Below are positions 18,001-34,898 of a DNA stretch of 64,000 nucleotides, piece after piece. The translations under genes were made by a program, and so were the position numbers. The stretch lies in the NCBI GenBank assembly GCA_964035545.1, contig OZ037765.1:14704698-14768697 (forward strand), in the 5' to 3' direction. The notes beneath the pieces were generated by a model that searched no databases, was not told where the DNA came from, and saw only the letters and a program-made list of their open reading frames with translations. How positions within the stretch are numbered: the first letter of the stretch is position 1; each line of letters opens with the position of its first letter. Source of the DNA: Bugula neritina (taxonomy: Eukaryota; Animalia; Bryozoa).

Positions 18001-20037
18001 GGAATGTACTGTAACATACTGAAATACACTGCAACATACTGCAACTTACCGAAATACACTGGAACTTATTGAAATACACTACAACACATTGAAATATACT
18101 GCAACACACTGAAACATACAGCAACATACTGAAATATACTGCGACACATTGAGATATACTGCAACATAGTTAAATATAATGCAAGATACTGCAGCATACT
18201 GAAATACACTGTGACATACTGAAATACACTGCAACATACTGCAACATAGGGCAACATACTGTAATACACTGCAACGCATTGAAATAAACCGCAACATACC
18301 TAAATATACGGAAATAGACTGAAATATACTGTAACACATTGAAAAACATTGCAACATACTGAAACATGCTGTAGCACACTGAAATACACTGTGACATACT
18401 GAGATACACTGCAACATACTGCAACATACTGCAACATAATGGAATACACTGTAACATATTGAAATACACTGCAACACATTGAAATATACTGCAACACAAT
18501 GAAACATACGGCAACATTCTGAAACATAGTGCGACACAATGAAATATACTGCAACATACTGAAAGATGCTGTAGCATACTGAAATACACTGCAACACATT
18601 GAAGTATACTGTAATATACAGAAATGTACTGTAACATACTGAAACATACGTCAACATACTGAAATGTACTGCAACATGCTGAACTATACTGCAACATACT
18701 GAAATACACTGTAATATACTGAATTAAACTGCAACATACTGCAACATACTGAAATAAGCTGTAGCATACTGAAATACATTGCAGCACACTGAAGCGTCCT
18801 GTAATATGCAGAAACGTACTGCAACATACTGAAATAAACCGCAACAAACCGAAATTTATGGTATACTGAAATATGTTGCAAACTAGTAAAATATACTGCA
18901 ACATACCGAAAAATACTGCAACTGTGCAATATAATGAAATATACTGGAAAAATACTGAAATATACTGCAACAACTTGAAAGTTACTGTATGATACTGAAA
19001 TATACTGAAACACACTGAAACATACTGCAAGATACTGCAACATACTGAAATACACTATAACATACTGAAATACACTGCAACATACTGCAACATACTGCAA
19101 CATACTGAATTACACTGTAACATTGAAATACACTGCAATACATTGAAATTTACTGCAACACGCTGAAACATAGAGCAACATGCTGAAATATACTGCGACA
19201 CATTGAAATATACTGCAACATAGTTAACTATAATGCAAGATACCGCAACATACTGAAATATGCTGTAGCACACTGAAATACAGTGCAACTCACTGAAATA
19301 TAGTGTAATATACAGAAATGTACTGTAACATACTGAAATATACTGTAACATACTGAAATATACTGCAAAATACTGAAGTACACTGCAACATACTTCAACA
19401 TACTGAAATACACTGGAACATATTGAAATACACTACAACACATTGAAATATACTGCAACACACTGAAACATACAGCAACATACTGACATATACTGCGACA
19501 CATTGAGATATACTGCAACATAGTTAAATATAATGCAAGATAATGCAACATACTGAAATACACTGTGACATACTGAAATACACTGCAACATGCTGCAACA
19601 TACTGCAACATACTGAAATACACTGCAACACATTGAAATGAACCGCAACATACCTAAATATACGGAAATATACTGAAATATACTGTAACACATTGAAAAA
19701 CATTGCAAAATACTGAAACATGCTGTAGCACACTGAAATACACTGTGACATACTGAGATACACTGCAACATACTGCAACATACTGCAACATACTGAAATA
19801 CACTGTAACATATCGAAATATACTGCAACACAATGAAACATACGGCAACATACTGAAACATAGTGCGACACATTGAAATATACTGCAATATACTGAAACA
19901 TGCTGTAGCATACTGAAATACACGGCAACACATTGAAGTATACTGTAATATACAGAAATGTACTGTAACATACTGAAACATACGTCAACATACTGAATTG
20001 TACTGCAACATGCTGAACTACACTGCAACATACTGAA
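1..20037 (+). repeat. HOR domain 1: 8179-bp higher-order repeat (about 2 copies, ~3111-20037) preceded by a 5024-bp deletion-derivative copy
   Basis: Identical or near-identical ORF translations recur at offset 8179 (3166/11345, 5037/13216, 8054/16233, 11254/19433) and offset 5024 (13/5037, 2732/7756). The 8179 match breaks at 11859 vs 20038. Confidence 0.92.
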
Positions 20038-23000
20038 ATATACTGTAACACACTGAAATATACCGCAACTTACTGAAATACATTGTAACATTATGAATTA
20101 CACTGCAACACATTGAAATATACTGCAACATACCGAAATATATGGTAAACAAGTGAAATATACTGCAAAAATACTGAAATATACTGTAACATACTGAAAG
20201 ATACTGCAACATACTGAAATACACTGTAACATACTGAAATACACAGCAACATACTGCAACATACTGTATTACACTGTAACATCTTGAAATACACTGCAAC
20301 ACATTGAAAGTTACTGCAACATACTGAAACATACTGCAACATACTGAAAGATACTGTAACATATTAAAGTATATCGTAATATACGGACATGCACTGTAAC
20401 ATACTGAAACATACTGAAACATAGTGAAACATACTGAAATATACTGGACCATACCGAAATATACTTCAACATACTAAAATATACTGCAACATACTGCAAC
20501 ATACTGAAACACACTGCAACACATTGAAGTATACTGTAATATACAGAAATGTACTGTAACATACTGAAACATACGTCAACATACTGAAATGTACTGCAAC
20601 ATGCTGAACGATACTGCAAGATACTGAAACATACTGCAACATACTGAAATATACTGCAACATATCGAAGTATATCGTAATATACGGACATGCACTGTAAC
20701 ATACTAAAACATACCGAAACATACTGAAATATACTGGAACATACCAAAATATACTTCAACATATTAAAATATACTGCAACATACTGCAACATACTGAAAT
20801 ACACTGTAACATACTGAAATCCACTGCAACACATCGGAATAAACTGCAACATACCTAAATATACGGTAATATACTGAAATATACTGTTCACATTGAAAAA
20901 CACTGCAACATACTGAAATTTGCTGTAGCACAGTGAAATTCACTGCAACCCACTGAAATATAGTGTAATATACGGAAATGTACTTTAACATACTGAAATA
21001 TACTGTAACACACTGGAATATACTGTCACATACTGAAATACACTGTAAAATACTGAAATATACTGCAACATAGTGCAACATACTGAAATACACTGTAACC
21101 TACTGATGTACACTGCAATATACTACAACATACTGAAATACGCTGCAACACATTGAAATATACTGCAACATACCGAAATATATGGTAAACTACTGAGATA
21201 TACTGTATCACATTGAAAAACACTGCAACATACTGAAATATGCTGTAACACACTGAAATATACTGCAAAATACTGAAATACACTGTAACATACTGAAATA
21301 TACTGCAACATACTGAAATACACTGTAACATACTGAAATATACTGCAACATACTGAAATACACTGAAATACACTGTAACGTACTGAAATACACAGCAACA
21401 TACTGCAACATACTGCAACATACTGAAATACGCTGTAACATATTGAATTACACTGCAACACATTGAAATATACTGCAACACACTGAAACATACGGCAACA
21501 TACTGAAATATACTGCAACACACTGAAACATACGGCAACATACTGAAATATACTGCAAAACATTGAAATATACTGCTACATACTGAAACATGCTGTAGCA
21601 TACTGAAATACACTGCAACACACTGAAGCATACTGTAATATACAGAAATGTACTGTAACATACTGAAACATACGTCAACATACTGAAATGTACTCCAACA
21701 TGCTGAACTATACTGCAACATACTGAAATACACTGTAATATACTGAATTAAATTGCAACACATTGTAATATACTGCAACATACTGAATCATACGGCAACA
21801 TACTGAAATATACTGCAACACATTGAAATATACTGCAACATATTGAAATATGCTGTAGCACCCTGAAATTCACTGCAACCTACTGAAATATAGTGTAATA
21901 TACGGAATTGTACTGTAACATACTGAAATATACTGTAACACACTGAAATATGCTGTCACATACTGAAATATACTGTAAATTACTAGAATTATGCTGCAAC
22001 ATACTGCAACATACTGAAATACACTGTAACCTACTGATATACACTGCAATATACTACAACATACTGAAATACACCTTAACATATTGAAATACACTGCAAC
22101 ACATTGAAATATACTGCAACATACCGAAATATATGGTAAACTACTGAAATATACCGTAACACATCGAAAAATACTGCAACATACTGAAATATACTGTAAC
22201 ACACTGAAATATACTGCAACTTACTGAAATACATTGTAACATACTGAAATATACTGCAACATACTGCAACATACTGAAATACACTGTAACATACTGATAT
22301 ACACTGCTATATACTACAACATACTGAAATACACTGTAACATATTGAAATACGCTGCAACACATTGAAATATACTGCAACATACCGAAATATATAGTAAA
22401 CTACTGAAATATACTGTAACACATCGAAAAATACTGCAACATACTGAAATATACTGTAACACACTGAAATATACTGCAACATACTGAAATACATTGTAAC
22501 ATACTGAAATATACTGCAACATACTGCAACATACTGAAATACACTGTAACATACTGAAATACACTGCGACATACTGAAATACATTGGAACATATTGAAAC
22601 ACACTAGGACACATTGAAATATACTGCAACACACTGAAACATATAGCAACATTCTGAAATATACTGCGACACATTGAAATATACTGCAACATAGTTAACT
22701 ATAATGCAAGATACTGCAACATTCTGAAATACACTGTGACATATTGAAATACACTGCAACATACTGCAACATACTGCAACATACTGCAACATACTGAAAT
22801 ACACTGTAACATATTGAAGTGCACTGCAACACATTGAAATATACTGCAACACACTGAAACATACTGCAACATACTGAAGTATACTGCAACACATTGAAAA
22901 ATACTGCAACATACCGAAATATATGGTAAACTACTGAAATATACTGTAACACATTGAAAAAAACTGCAACATACTGAAATATACTGTAACACACTGAAAT

Positions 23001-26000
23001 ATACTGCAAAATACTGAAATACACTGTAACATACTGAAATACACTGTAACACACTGAAATATACTGCAACACACCGCAATATACTGAAACACGCTGTAAC
23101 ATACTGAAATACACTGCAACATACTACAACATATTGAAATACACTGCAACACATTGAAATATACTGCAACACACTGAAACATACGGCAACACATTGAAAT
23201 ATACTGCAACATACCGAAAATAACTGCAACTGTGCAATATAATGAAATATACTGCAAAAATACTGAAATATACTGCAACAATTTGAAAGTTACTGTATGA
23301 TACTGACATATACTGAAACACACTGAAACATACTGCAAGATACTGCAACATACTGAAACACACTATAACATACTGAAATACACTGCAACATACTGCAACA
23401 TACTGCAACATACTGAATTACACTGTAACATATTGAAATACACTGCAATACATTGAAATTTACTGCAACACACTGAAACATACTGCAACATACTGAAATA
23501 TACTGCAACATATCGAAGTATATTGTAATATACGGACATGTACTGTAACATACTGAAACATACTGAAACATACTGAAACATAGTGAAATATACTTCAACA
23601 TACTGAAATATACTGCAACATACTGCAACATACTGAAATACACTGTAACATACTGAAATACACTGCAACACATTGAAGTATACTGTAATATACAGAAATG
23701 TACTGTAACATACTGAAACATACGTCAACATACTGAAATGTACTGCAACATGCTGAACTATACTGCAACATACTGAAACATACTGCAACATACTGAAATA
23801 TACTGCAACATATCGAAGTATATCGTAATATACGGACACGCACTGTAACATACTGAAACATACTGAAACATACTGAAACATACTGAAACATACTGAAACA
23901 TACTGAAATATACTGGAACATACCGAAATATACTTCAACGTACTAAAATACACTGCAACATACTGCAACATACTGAAACACACTGCAACACATTGAAGTA
24001 TCCTGTAATATACAGAAATGTACTGTAACATACTGAAACATACGTCAACATACTGAAATGTACTGCAACATGCTGAACGATACTGCAAGATACTGAAACA
24101 TACTGCAACATACTGAAATATACTGCAACATATCGAAGTATATCGTAATATACGGACATGCACTGTAACATACTGAAACATACTGAAACATACTGAAACA
24201 TACTGAAACATACTGAAATATACTGGAACATACCGAAATATACTTCAACGTACTAAAATACACTGCAACATACTGCAACATACTGAAACACACTGCAACA
24301 CATTGAAGTATACTGTAATATACAGAAATGTACTGTAACATACTGAAACATACGTCAACATACTGAAATGTACTGCAACATGCTGAACGATACTGCAAGA
24401 TACTGAAACATACTGCAACATACTGAAATATACTGCAACATATCGAAGTATATCGTAATATACGGACATGCACTGTAACATACTAAAACATACCGAAACA
24501 TACTGAAATATACTGGAACATACCAAAATATACTTCAACATATTAAAATATACTGCAACATACTGCAACATACTGAAATACACTGTAACATACTGAAATC
24601 CACTGCAACACATCGGAATAAACTGCAACATACCTAAATATACGGTAATATACTGAAATATACTGTTCACATTGAAAAACACTGCAACATACTGAAATTT
24701 GCTGTAGCACAGTGAAGTTCACTGCAACCCCCTGAAATATAGTGTAATATACGGAAATGTACTTTAACATACTGAAATATACTGTAACACACTGGAATAT
24801 ACTGTCACATACTGAAATACACTGTAAAATACTGAAATATACTGCAACATAGTGCAACATACTGAAATACACTGTAACCTACTGATGTACACTGCAATAT
24901 ACTACAACATACTGAAATACGCTGCAACACATTGAAATATACTGCAACATACCGAAATATATGGTAAACTACTGAGATATACTGTATCACATTGAAAAAT
25001 ACTGCAACATACTGAAATATGCTGTAACACACTGAAATATACTGCAAAATACTGAATTACACTGTAACATACTGAAATATACTGCAACATACTGAAATAC
25101 ACTGTAACATACTGAAATATACTGCAACATACTGAAATACACTGAAATACACCGTAACGTACTGAAATACACAGCAACATACTGCAACATACTGCAACAT
25201 ACTGAAATACGCTGTAACATATTGAATTACACTGCAACACATTGAAATATACTGCAACACACTGGAACATACGGCAACATACTGAAATATACTGCAACAC
25301 ACTGAAACATACGGCAACATACTGAAATATACTGCAAAACATTGAAATATACTGCTACATACTGAAACATGCTGTAGCATACTGAAATACACTGCAACAC
25401 ACTGAAGTATACTGTAATATACAGAAATGTACTGTAACATACTGAAACATACGTCAACATACTGAAATGTACTCCAACATGCTGAACTATACTGCAACAT
25501 ACTGAAATACACTGTAATATACTGAATTAAATTGCAACACATTGTAATATACTGCAACATACTGAATCATACGGCAACATACTGAAATATACTGCAACAC
25601 ATTGAAATATACTGCAACATATTGAAATATGCTGTAGCACCCTGAAATTCACTGCAACCTACTGAAATATAGTGTAATATACGGAATTGTACTGTAACAT
25701 ACTGAAATATACTGTAACACACTGAAATATGCTGTCACATACTGAAATATACTGTAAATTACTAGAATTATACTGCAACATACTGCAACATACTGAAATA
25801 CACTGTAACCTACTGATATACACTGCAATAAACTACAACATACTGAAATACACCTTAACATATTGAAATACACTGCAACACATTGAAATATACTGCAACA
25901 TACCGAAATATATGGTAAACTACTGAAATATACCGTAACACATCGAAAAATACTGCAACATACTGAAATATACTGTAACACACTGAAATATACTGCAACT

Positions 26001-29000
26001 TACTGAAATACATTGTAACATACTGAAATATACTGCAACATACTGCAACATACTGAAATACACTGTAACATACTGATATACACTGCTATATACTACAACA
26101 TACTGAAATACACTGTAACATATTGAAATACGCTGCAACACATTGAAATATACTGCAACATACCGAAATATATAGTAAACTACTGAAATATACTGTAACA
26201 CATCGAAAAATACTGCAACATACTGAAATATACTGTAACACACTGAAATATACTGCAACATACTGAAATACATTGTAACATACTGAAATATACTGCAACA
26301 TACTGCAACATACTGAAATACACTGTAACATACTGAAATACACTGCGACATACTGAAATACATTGGAACATATTGAAACACACTAGGACACATTGAAATA
26401 TACTGCAACACACTGAAACATATAGCAACATTCTGAAATATACTGCGACACATTGAAATATACTGCAACATAGTTAACTATAATGCAAGATACTGCAACA
26501 TTCTGAAATACACTGTGACATATTGAAATACACTGCAACATACTGCAACATACTGCAACATACTGCAACATACTGAAATACACTGTAACATATTGAAGTG
26601 CACTGCAACACATTGAAATATACTGCAACACACTGAAACATACGGCAACATACTGAAGTATACTGCAACACATTGAAAAATACTGCAACATACCGAAATA
26701 TATGGTAAACTACTGAAATATACTGTAACACATTGAAAAAAACTGCAACATACTGAAATATACTGTAACACACTGAAATATACTGCAAAATACTGAAATA
26801 CACTGTAACATACTGAAATACACTGTAACACACTGAAATATACTGCAACACACCGCAATATACTGAAACACGCTGTAACATACTGAAATACACTGCAACA
26901 TACTACAACATATTGAAATACACTGCAACACATTGAAGTATACTGCAACACACTGAAACATACGGCAACACATTGAAATATACTGCAACATACCGAAAAT
27001 AACTGCAACTGTGCAATATAATGAAATATACTGCAAAAATACTGAAATATACTGCAACAATTTGAAAGTTACTGTATGATACTGACATATACTGAAACAC
27101 ACTGAAACATACTGCAAGATACTGCAACATACTGAAAGACACTATAACATACTGAAATACACTGCAACATACTGCAACATACTGCAACATACTGAATTAC
27201 ACTGTAACATATTGAAATACACTGCAATACATTGAAATTTACTGCAACACACTGAAACATACTGCAACATACTGAAATATACTGCAACATATCGAAGTAT
27301 ATTGTAATATACGGACATGTACTGTCACATACTGAAACATACTGAAACATACTGAAACATAGTGAAATATACTTCAACATACTGAAATATACCGCAACAT
27401 ACTGCAACATACTGAAATACACTGTAACATACTGAAATACACTGCAACACATTGAAGTATACTGTAATATACAGAAATGTACTGTAACATACTGAAACAT
27501 ACGTCAACATACTGAAATGTACTGCAACATGCTGAACTATACTGCAACATACTGAAACATACTGCAACATACTGAAATATACTGCAACATATCGAAGTAT
27601 ATCGTAATATACGGACATGCACTGTAACATACTGAAACATACTGAAACATACTGAAACATACTGAAACATACTGAAACATACTGAAATATACTGGAACAT
27701 ACCGAAATATACTTCAACGTACTAAAATACACTGCAACATACTGCAACATACTGAAACACACTGCAACACATTGAAGTATACTGTAATATACAGAAATGT
27801 ACTGTAACATACTGAAACATACGTCAACATACTGAAATGTACTGCAACATGCTGAACGATACTGCAAGATACTGAAACATACTGCAACATACTGAAATAT
27901 ACTGCAACATATCGAAGTATATCGTAATATACGGACATGCACTGTAACATACTAAAACATACCGAAACATACTGAAATATACTGGAACATACCAAAACAT
28001 ACTTCAACATATTAAAATATACTGCAACATACTGCAACATACTGAAATACACTGTAACATACTGAAATCCACTGCAACACATTGAAATATACTGCAACAC
28101 ACTGAAACATACGGCAACATACTGAAATATACTGCAACACACTGAAACATACGGCAACATACTGAAATATACTGCAAAACATTGAAATATACTGCTACAT
28201 ACTGAAACATGCTGTAGCATACTGAAATACACTGCAACACACTGAAGTATACTGTAATATACAGAAATGTACTGTAACTTACTGAAACATAGTCAACATA
28301 CTGAAATGTACTGCAACATGCTGAACGATACTGCAAGATACTGAAACATACTGCAACATACTGAAATATACTGCAACATATCGAAGTATATCGTAATATA
28401 CGGACATGCACTGTAACATACTAAAACATACCGAAACATACTGAAATATACTGGAACATACCAAAATATACTTCAACATATTAAAATATACTGCAACATA
28501 CTGCAACATACTGAAATACACTGTAACATACTGAAATCCACTGCAACACATCGGAATAAACTGCAACATACCTAATGATACGGTAATATACTGAAATATA
28601 CTGTTCACATTGAAAAACACTGCAACATACTGAAATTTGCTGTAGCACAGTGAAATTCACTGCAACCCACTGAAATATAGTGTAATATACGGAAATGTAC
28701 TTTAACATACTGAAATATACTGTAACACACTGGAATATACTGTCACATACTGAAATACACTGTAAAATACTGAAATATACTGCAACATAGTGCAACATAC
28801 TGAAATACACTGTAACCTACTGATGTACACTGCAATATACTACAACATACTGAAATACGCTGCAACACATTGAAATATACTGCAACATACCGAAATATAT
28901 GGTAAACTACTGAGATATACTGTATCACATTGAAAAATACTGCAACATACTGAAATATGCTGTAACACACTGAAATATACTGCAAAATACTGAAATACAC

Positions 29001-32000
29001 TGTAACATACTGAAATATACTGCAACATACTGAAATACACTGTAACATACTGCAACATACTGCAACATACTGAAATACGCTGTAACATATTGAATTACAC
29101 TGCAACACATTGAAATATACTGCAACACACTGAAACATACGGCAACATACTGAAATATACTGCAACACACTGAAACATACGGCAACATACTGAAATATAC
29201 TGCAAAACATTGAAATATACTGCTACATACTGAAACATGCTGTAGCATACTGAAATACACTGCAACACACTGAAGTATACTGTAATATACAGAAATGTAC
29301 TGTAACATACTGAAACATACGTCAACATACTGAAATATACTGCAACACATTGAAATATACTGCAACATATTGAAATATGCTGTAGCACCCTGAAATTCAC
29401 TGCAACCTACTGAAATATAGTGTAATATACGGAATTGTACTGTAACATACTGAAATATACTGTAACACACTGAAATATGCTGTCACATACTGAAATATAC
29501 TGTAAATTACTAGAATTATACTGCAACATACTGCAACATACTGAAATACACTGTAACCTACTGATATACACTGCAATATACTACAACATACTGAAATACA
29601 CCTTAACATATTGAAATACACTGCAACACATTGAAATATACTGCAACATACCGAAATATATGGTAAACTACTGAAATATACCGTAACACATCGAAAAATA
29701 TTGCAACATACTGAAATATACTGTAACACACTGAAATATACTGCAACTTACTGAAATACATTGTAACATACTGAAATATACTGCAACATACTGCAACATA
29801 CTGAAATACACTGTAACATACTGATATACACTGCTATATACTACAACATACTGAAATACACTGTAACATATTGAAATACGCTGCAACACATTGAAATATA
29901 CTGCAACATACCGAAATATATAGTAAACTACTGAAATATACTGTAACACATCGAAAAATACTGCAACATACTGAAATATACTGTAACACACTGAAATATA
30001 CTGCAACATACTGAAATACATTGTAACATACTGAAATATACTGCAACATACTGCAACATACTGAAATACACTGTAACATACTGAAATACACTGCGACACA
30101 CTGAAATACATTGGAACATATTGAAACACACTAGGACACATTGAAATATACTGCAACACACTGAATCATATAGCAACATTCTGAAATATACTGCGACACA
30201 TTGAAATATACTGCAACATAGTTAACTATAATGCAAGATACTGCAACATTCTGAAATACACTGTGACATATTGAAATACACTGCAACATACTGCAACATA
30301 CTGCAACATACTGCAACATACTGAAGTATACTGCAACACATTGAAAAATACTGCAACATACCGAAATATATGGTAAACTACTGAAATATACTGTAACACA
30401 TTGAAAAAAACTGCAACATACTGAAATATACTGTAACACACTGAAATATACTGCAAAATACTGAAATACACTGTAACATACTGAAATACACTGTAACACA
30501 CTGAAATATACTGCAACACACCGCAATATACTGAAACACGCTGTATCATACTGAAATACACTGCAACATACTACAACATATTGAAATACACTGCAACACA
30601 TTGAAATATACTGCAACACACTGAAACATACGGCAACACATTGAAATATACTGCAACATACCGAAAATAACTGCAACTGTGCAATATAATGAAATATACT
30701 GCAAAAATACTGAAATATACTGCAACAATTCGAAAGTTACTGTATGATACTGACATATACTGAAACACACTGAAACATACTGCAAGATACTGCAACATAC
30801 TGAAACACACTATAACATACTGAAATACACTGCAACATACTGCAACATACTGCAACATACTGAATTACACTGTAACATATTGAAATACACTGCAATACAT
30901 TGAAATTTACTGCAACACACTGAAACATACTGCAACATACTGAAATATACTGCAACATATCGAAGTATATTGTAATATACGGACATGTACTGTAACATAC
31001 TGAAACATACTGAAACATACTGAAACATAGTGAAATATACTTCAACATACTGAAATATACTGCAACATACTGCAACATACTGAAATACACTGTAACATAC
31101 TGAAACACACTGCAACACATTGAAACAAACTGCAACAAACCTAAATATACGGTAATATACTGAAATATACTGTAACACATTGAAAAACACTGCAAGATAC
31201 TGAAATATGCTGTAGCACACTGAAATACACTGCAACATACTGAAATACACTGTAAAATACTGAAATACACTGCAACATACTGCAACATACTGAAATACAC
31301 TGTAACCTACTGAAATACACTGCAACATACTACAACATACTGAAATACACTGTAACATTATGAATTACACTGCAACACATTGAAATATACTGCAACATAC
31401 CGAAATATATGGTAAGCAACTGAAATATACTGCAAAAATACTGAAATATACTGTAACATACTGAAAGATCCTGCAACATACTGAAATACACTGTAACATA
31501 CTGAGATACGCGGCAACATACTGCAACATACTGTATTACACTGTAAGATCTTAAAATACACTGCAACACATTGAAAGTTACTGCAACATTCTAAAATATA
31601 CTGCAACATACTGCAACATACTGAAATACACTGTAACATACTGAAATACACTGCAACATATTGCAACATACTGAAATACACTGCAACACATTGAAATAAA
31701 CCGCAACATACTTAAATATACGGTAACATATCGAAGTATATCGTAATATACGGACATGCACTGTAACATACTGAAACATACTGAAACATACTGAAACATA
31801 CTGAAACATACTGAAACATACTGAAATATACTGGAACATACCGAAATATACTTCAACGTACTAAAATACACTGCAACATACTGCAACATACTGAAACACA
31901 CTGCAACACATTGAAGTATACTGTAATATACAGAAATGTACTGTAACATACTGAAACATACGTCAACATACTGAAATGTACTGCAACATGCTGAACGATA

Positions 32001-33205
32001 CTGCAAGATACTGAAACATACTGCAACATACTGAAATATACTGCAACATATCGAAGTATATCGTAATATACGGACATGCACTGTAACATACTAAAACATA
32101 CCGAAACATACTGAAATATACTGGAACATACCAAAATATACTTCAACATATTAAAATATACTGCAACATACTGCAACATACTGAAATACACTGTAACATA
32201 CTGAAATCCACTGCAACACATCGGAATAAACTGCAACATACCTAAATATACGGTAATATACTGAAATATACTGTTCACATTGAAAAACACTGCAACATAC
32301 TGAAATTTGCTGTAGCACAGTGAAATTCACTGCAACCCACTGAAATATAGTGTAATATACGGAAATGTACTTTAACATACTGAAATATACTGTAACACAC
32401 TGGAATATACTGTCACATACTGAAATACACTGTAAAATACTGAAATATACTGCAACATAGTGCAACATACTGAAATACACTGTAACCTACTGATGTACAC
32501 TGCAATATACTACAACATACTGAAATACGCTGCAACACATTGAAATATACTGCAACATACCGAAATATATGGTAAACTACTGAGATATACTGTATCACAT
32601 TGAAAAATACTGCAACATACTGAAATATGCTGTAACACACTGAAATATACTGCAAAATACTGAAATACACTGTAACATACTGAAATATACTGCAACATAC
32701 TGAAATACACTGTAACATACTGAAATATACTGCAACATACTGAAATACACTGAAATACACTGTAACGTACTGAAATACACAGCAACATACTGCAACATAC
32801 TGCAACATACTGAAATACGCTGTAACATATTGAATTACACTGCAACACATTGAAATATACTGCAACACACCGAAACATACGGCAACATACTGAAATATAC
32901 TGCAACACACTGAAACATACGGCAACATACTGAAATATACTGCAAAACATTGAAATATACTGCTACATACTGAAACATGCTGTAGCATACTGAAATACAC
33001 TGCAACACACTGAAGTATACTGTAATATACAGAAATGTACTGTAACATACTGAAACATACGTCAACATACCGAAATGTACTCCAACATGCTGAACTATAC
33101 TGCAACATACTGAAATACACTGTAATATACTGAATTAAATTGCAACACATTGTAATATACTGCAACATACTGAATCATACGGCAACATACTGAAATATAC
33201 TGCAA
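1..33205 (+). repeat. 10-bp monomer satellite array, left arm (TG[C/T]AACA[T/C]AC alternating with TGAAATA[T/C]AC)
   Basis: Continuous 10-nt periodicity visible in the column-aligned sequence. It has a single orientation, and the + strand is A-rich with about one G per monomer. It runs off the window start. Confidence 0.98.
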
Positions 33206-33370
33206 CACAGTTAGTTTAAGGTCATTACTTTCCAGATTCAAGCACTGCTTTATGTTATATATAAACGGTTTCCAGGGAATAGCTCGAACAGTTTTTGTCT
33301 CACATTAACAAATTTTACATGAAATGATAGCTCTTGCATTCCTCTTTTATATACTTTTTTATTTTTTCAA
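33206..33370 (+). repeat. Left terminal/subterminal inverted arm of the transposon
   Basis: 19-bp perfect TIR, then boxes TGCTTTATGTT (33246-33256), ATAGCTCGAA (33279-33288) and ATATACTTTTTTATTTTTTCAA (33349-33370), each mirrored at the right end. Confidence 0.88.
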
Positions 33371-34104
33371 TAAAAAATTTTCTGAGAAAGTTGTTGCATA
33401 ATAAGTAAAATTTTACACCCTCCATGTTCCACTGCTGTAGCACAGGGGATTCATTTTATAAAGTCTAAAAGTTAAACTTGACATTCCTTGATATGTTTTC
33501 TCTAATATACTTTCTTTGTTTTTTGAAATTCTGTTTATGCTCTTCACAATTTGGTAAAAACATACACCATTTTGCAAGTTTCACTGCAATTTTCTAAATT
33601 CTTCATATGGTGGTTCTAGCTACGCTCCTGTGACTAATTATAACATTCCTAGTACGTTTGCCGCTCTGCGCTATCACAATAACATATAGTACCCTCTCGC
33701 ACAAATTGGCAATCTATTGGATTTCTGCCAATATAATGTTCCCTGTTTTACATTAGCGCTTAGCTGAATCATCTCACTATGTTACAATAATATATTGAAA
33801 ATGCCTCAGCACAACATAATTCTTTGTTTGTTTGGCAGAGTTAATTTCAGCTAAATCACTTCACTTTGCAGTCTTGTCAGTAAAGGTCTGTCTATAGCGC
33901 AGCAGATGTACTTTCAGTTTCTCTAATTCGCATATGATTATTTTAAGTACATTGTATTATATAAGATCAATTTAAGGTTTAGTCCAGTGTTCAGTATCTA
34001 ATTATTATGCATGTATGTTGTCTTACTGTTGAACAAAAGTTAAAAAAAAACTTTACAATTATAGCCATATTTATTATACATGCGTAGGATTTGCATAAGT
34101 TGAT

Positions 34105-34185
34105 AAAAAAAATTGCAACAAAACAGGGTTGAACCGTGACCAACCAACTCCTCGCTGACGCCTCTAACCTCTGGACCACGCAGTC
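34105..34185 (-). promoter_or_regulatory. tRNA-derived (SINE-head-like) Pol III type-2 promoter module with oligo-T terminator
   Basis: Minus strand reads GACTGCG-TGGTCCAGAGG(A box, 34178-34168)-TTAGAGGCG...CAC-GGTTCAACCC(B box, 34135-34126)-TGTTTT, followed by T8 (34112-34105). Box spacing is tRNA-like (~32 nt) and the T-arm partly pairs. The acceptor stem does not pair, so it is not a functional tRNA. Confidence 0.6.
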
Positions 34186-34898
34186 ATCAATATTGCAACG
34201 CGCACTATATGAGTAACTATCATTACATGAATATTTCGCGTGCAAATGGGTTATAATTATTAGGCTGTCAATTGATGCAATAGTCTCAGGTTACTAGCAA
34301 AGCTAATGGTTTTGAACAAATAACCCAAAAGTTTAAAAAATAAGTAGCTTGCGTATTGCTAGCTACAAAAACAGGTCTGAAATAGACTGGTAAAGCAAGC
34401 TCTTATTGTAGAGTTTGCAGATGTGCTCTAAAATAAAACTTAAACTGTATGCTATTACATAAGTATTTGTATGCGAGAGATAAATGGACATTACTGAGTT
34501 TCTGGAAAACAACATACTTGAAGTTAACTTTGACAATGGTGTGTTATTTTCATCATACACTAGCACAGATAGGGCCTATAGCATAAATCTCTAATCATAT
34601 GAATCTTTATGAAGCCCACAGCTCATGTAAGGGTGGCAAATGTAATTTGAAACTAAAAATTGTGTTGCTGCATTGTGTCTAAGGTATATTAGAGAGCAGA
34701 ATTTGGTTTTACTAGCCTACCCCAACGGCATTCTACAATGCAGCTTATATGCTGGCAGTTGTAATAAGTACTGTCAATAGCAAGGTTACTATCACTGCTA
34801 TAGCTCTGTGCAGTATGTAACCTCTTGAATAATTGCGCCAATTTTAAACTCTTGGAAGTTGGCCAAGTTATCATATCGCAGCCAGCCACCGGAGACAC

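Noticed and set aside
1-33205. CRISPR array or repeat/spacer-type information store
   Set aside because: No constant repeat separated by unique spacers and no cas genes. The variation is point mutation of one 10-mer propagated by block duplication.
33206-33244. V(D)J RSS or Transib/RAG transposon end (CACAGTT resembles heptamer CACAGTG)
   Set aside because: No ACAAAAACC-like nonamer at 12 or 23 nt at either end, and the 5-bp flanks (TGCAA vs AACAC) are not a TSD.
34114-34185. Functional tRNA gene
   Set aside because: The acceptor stem does not pair and there is no convincing anticodon arm. Only promoter boxes and a partial T-arm remain.
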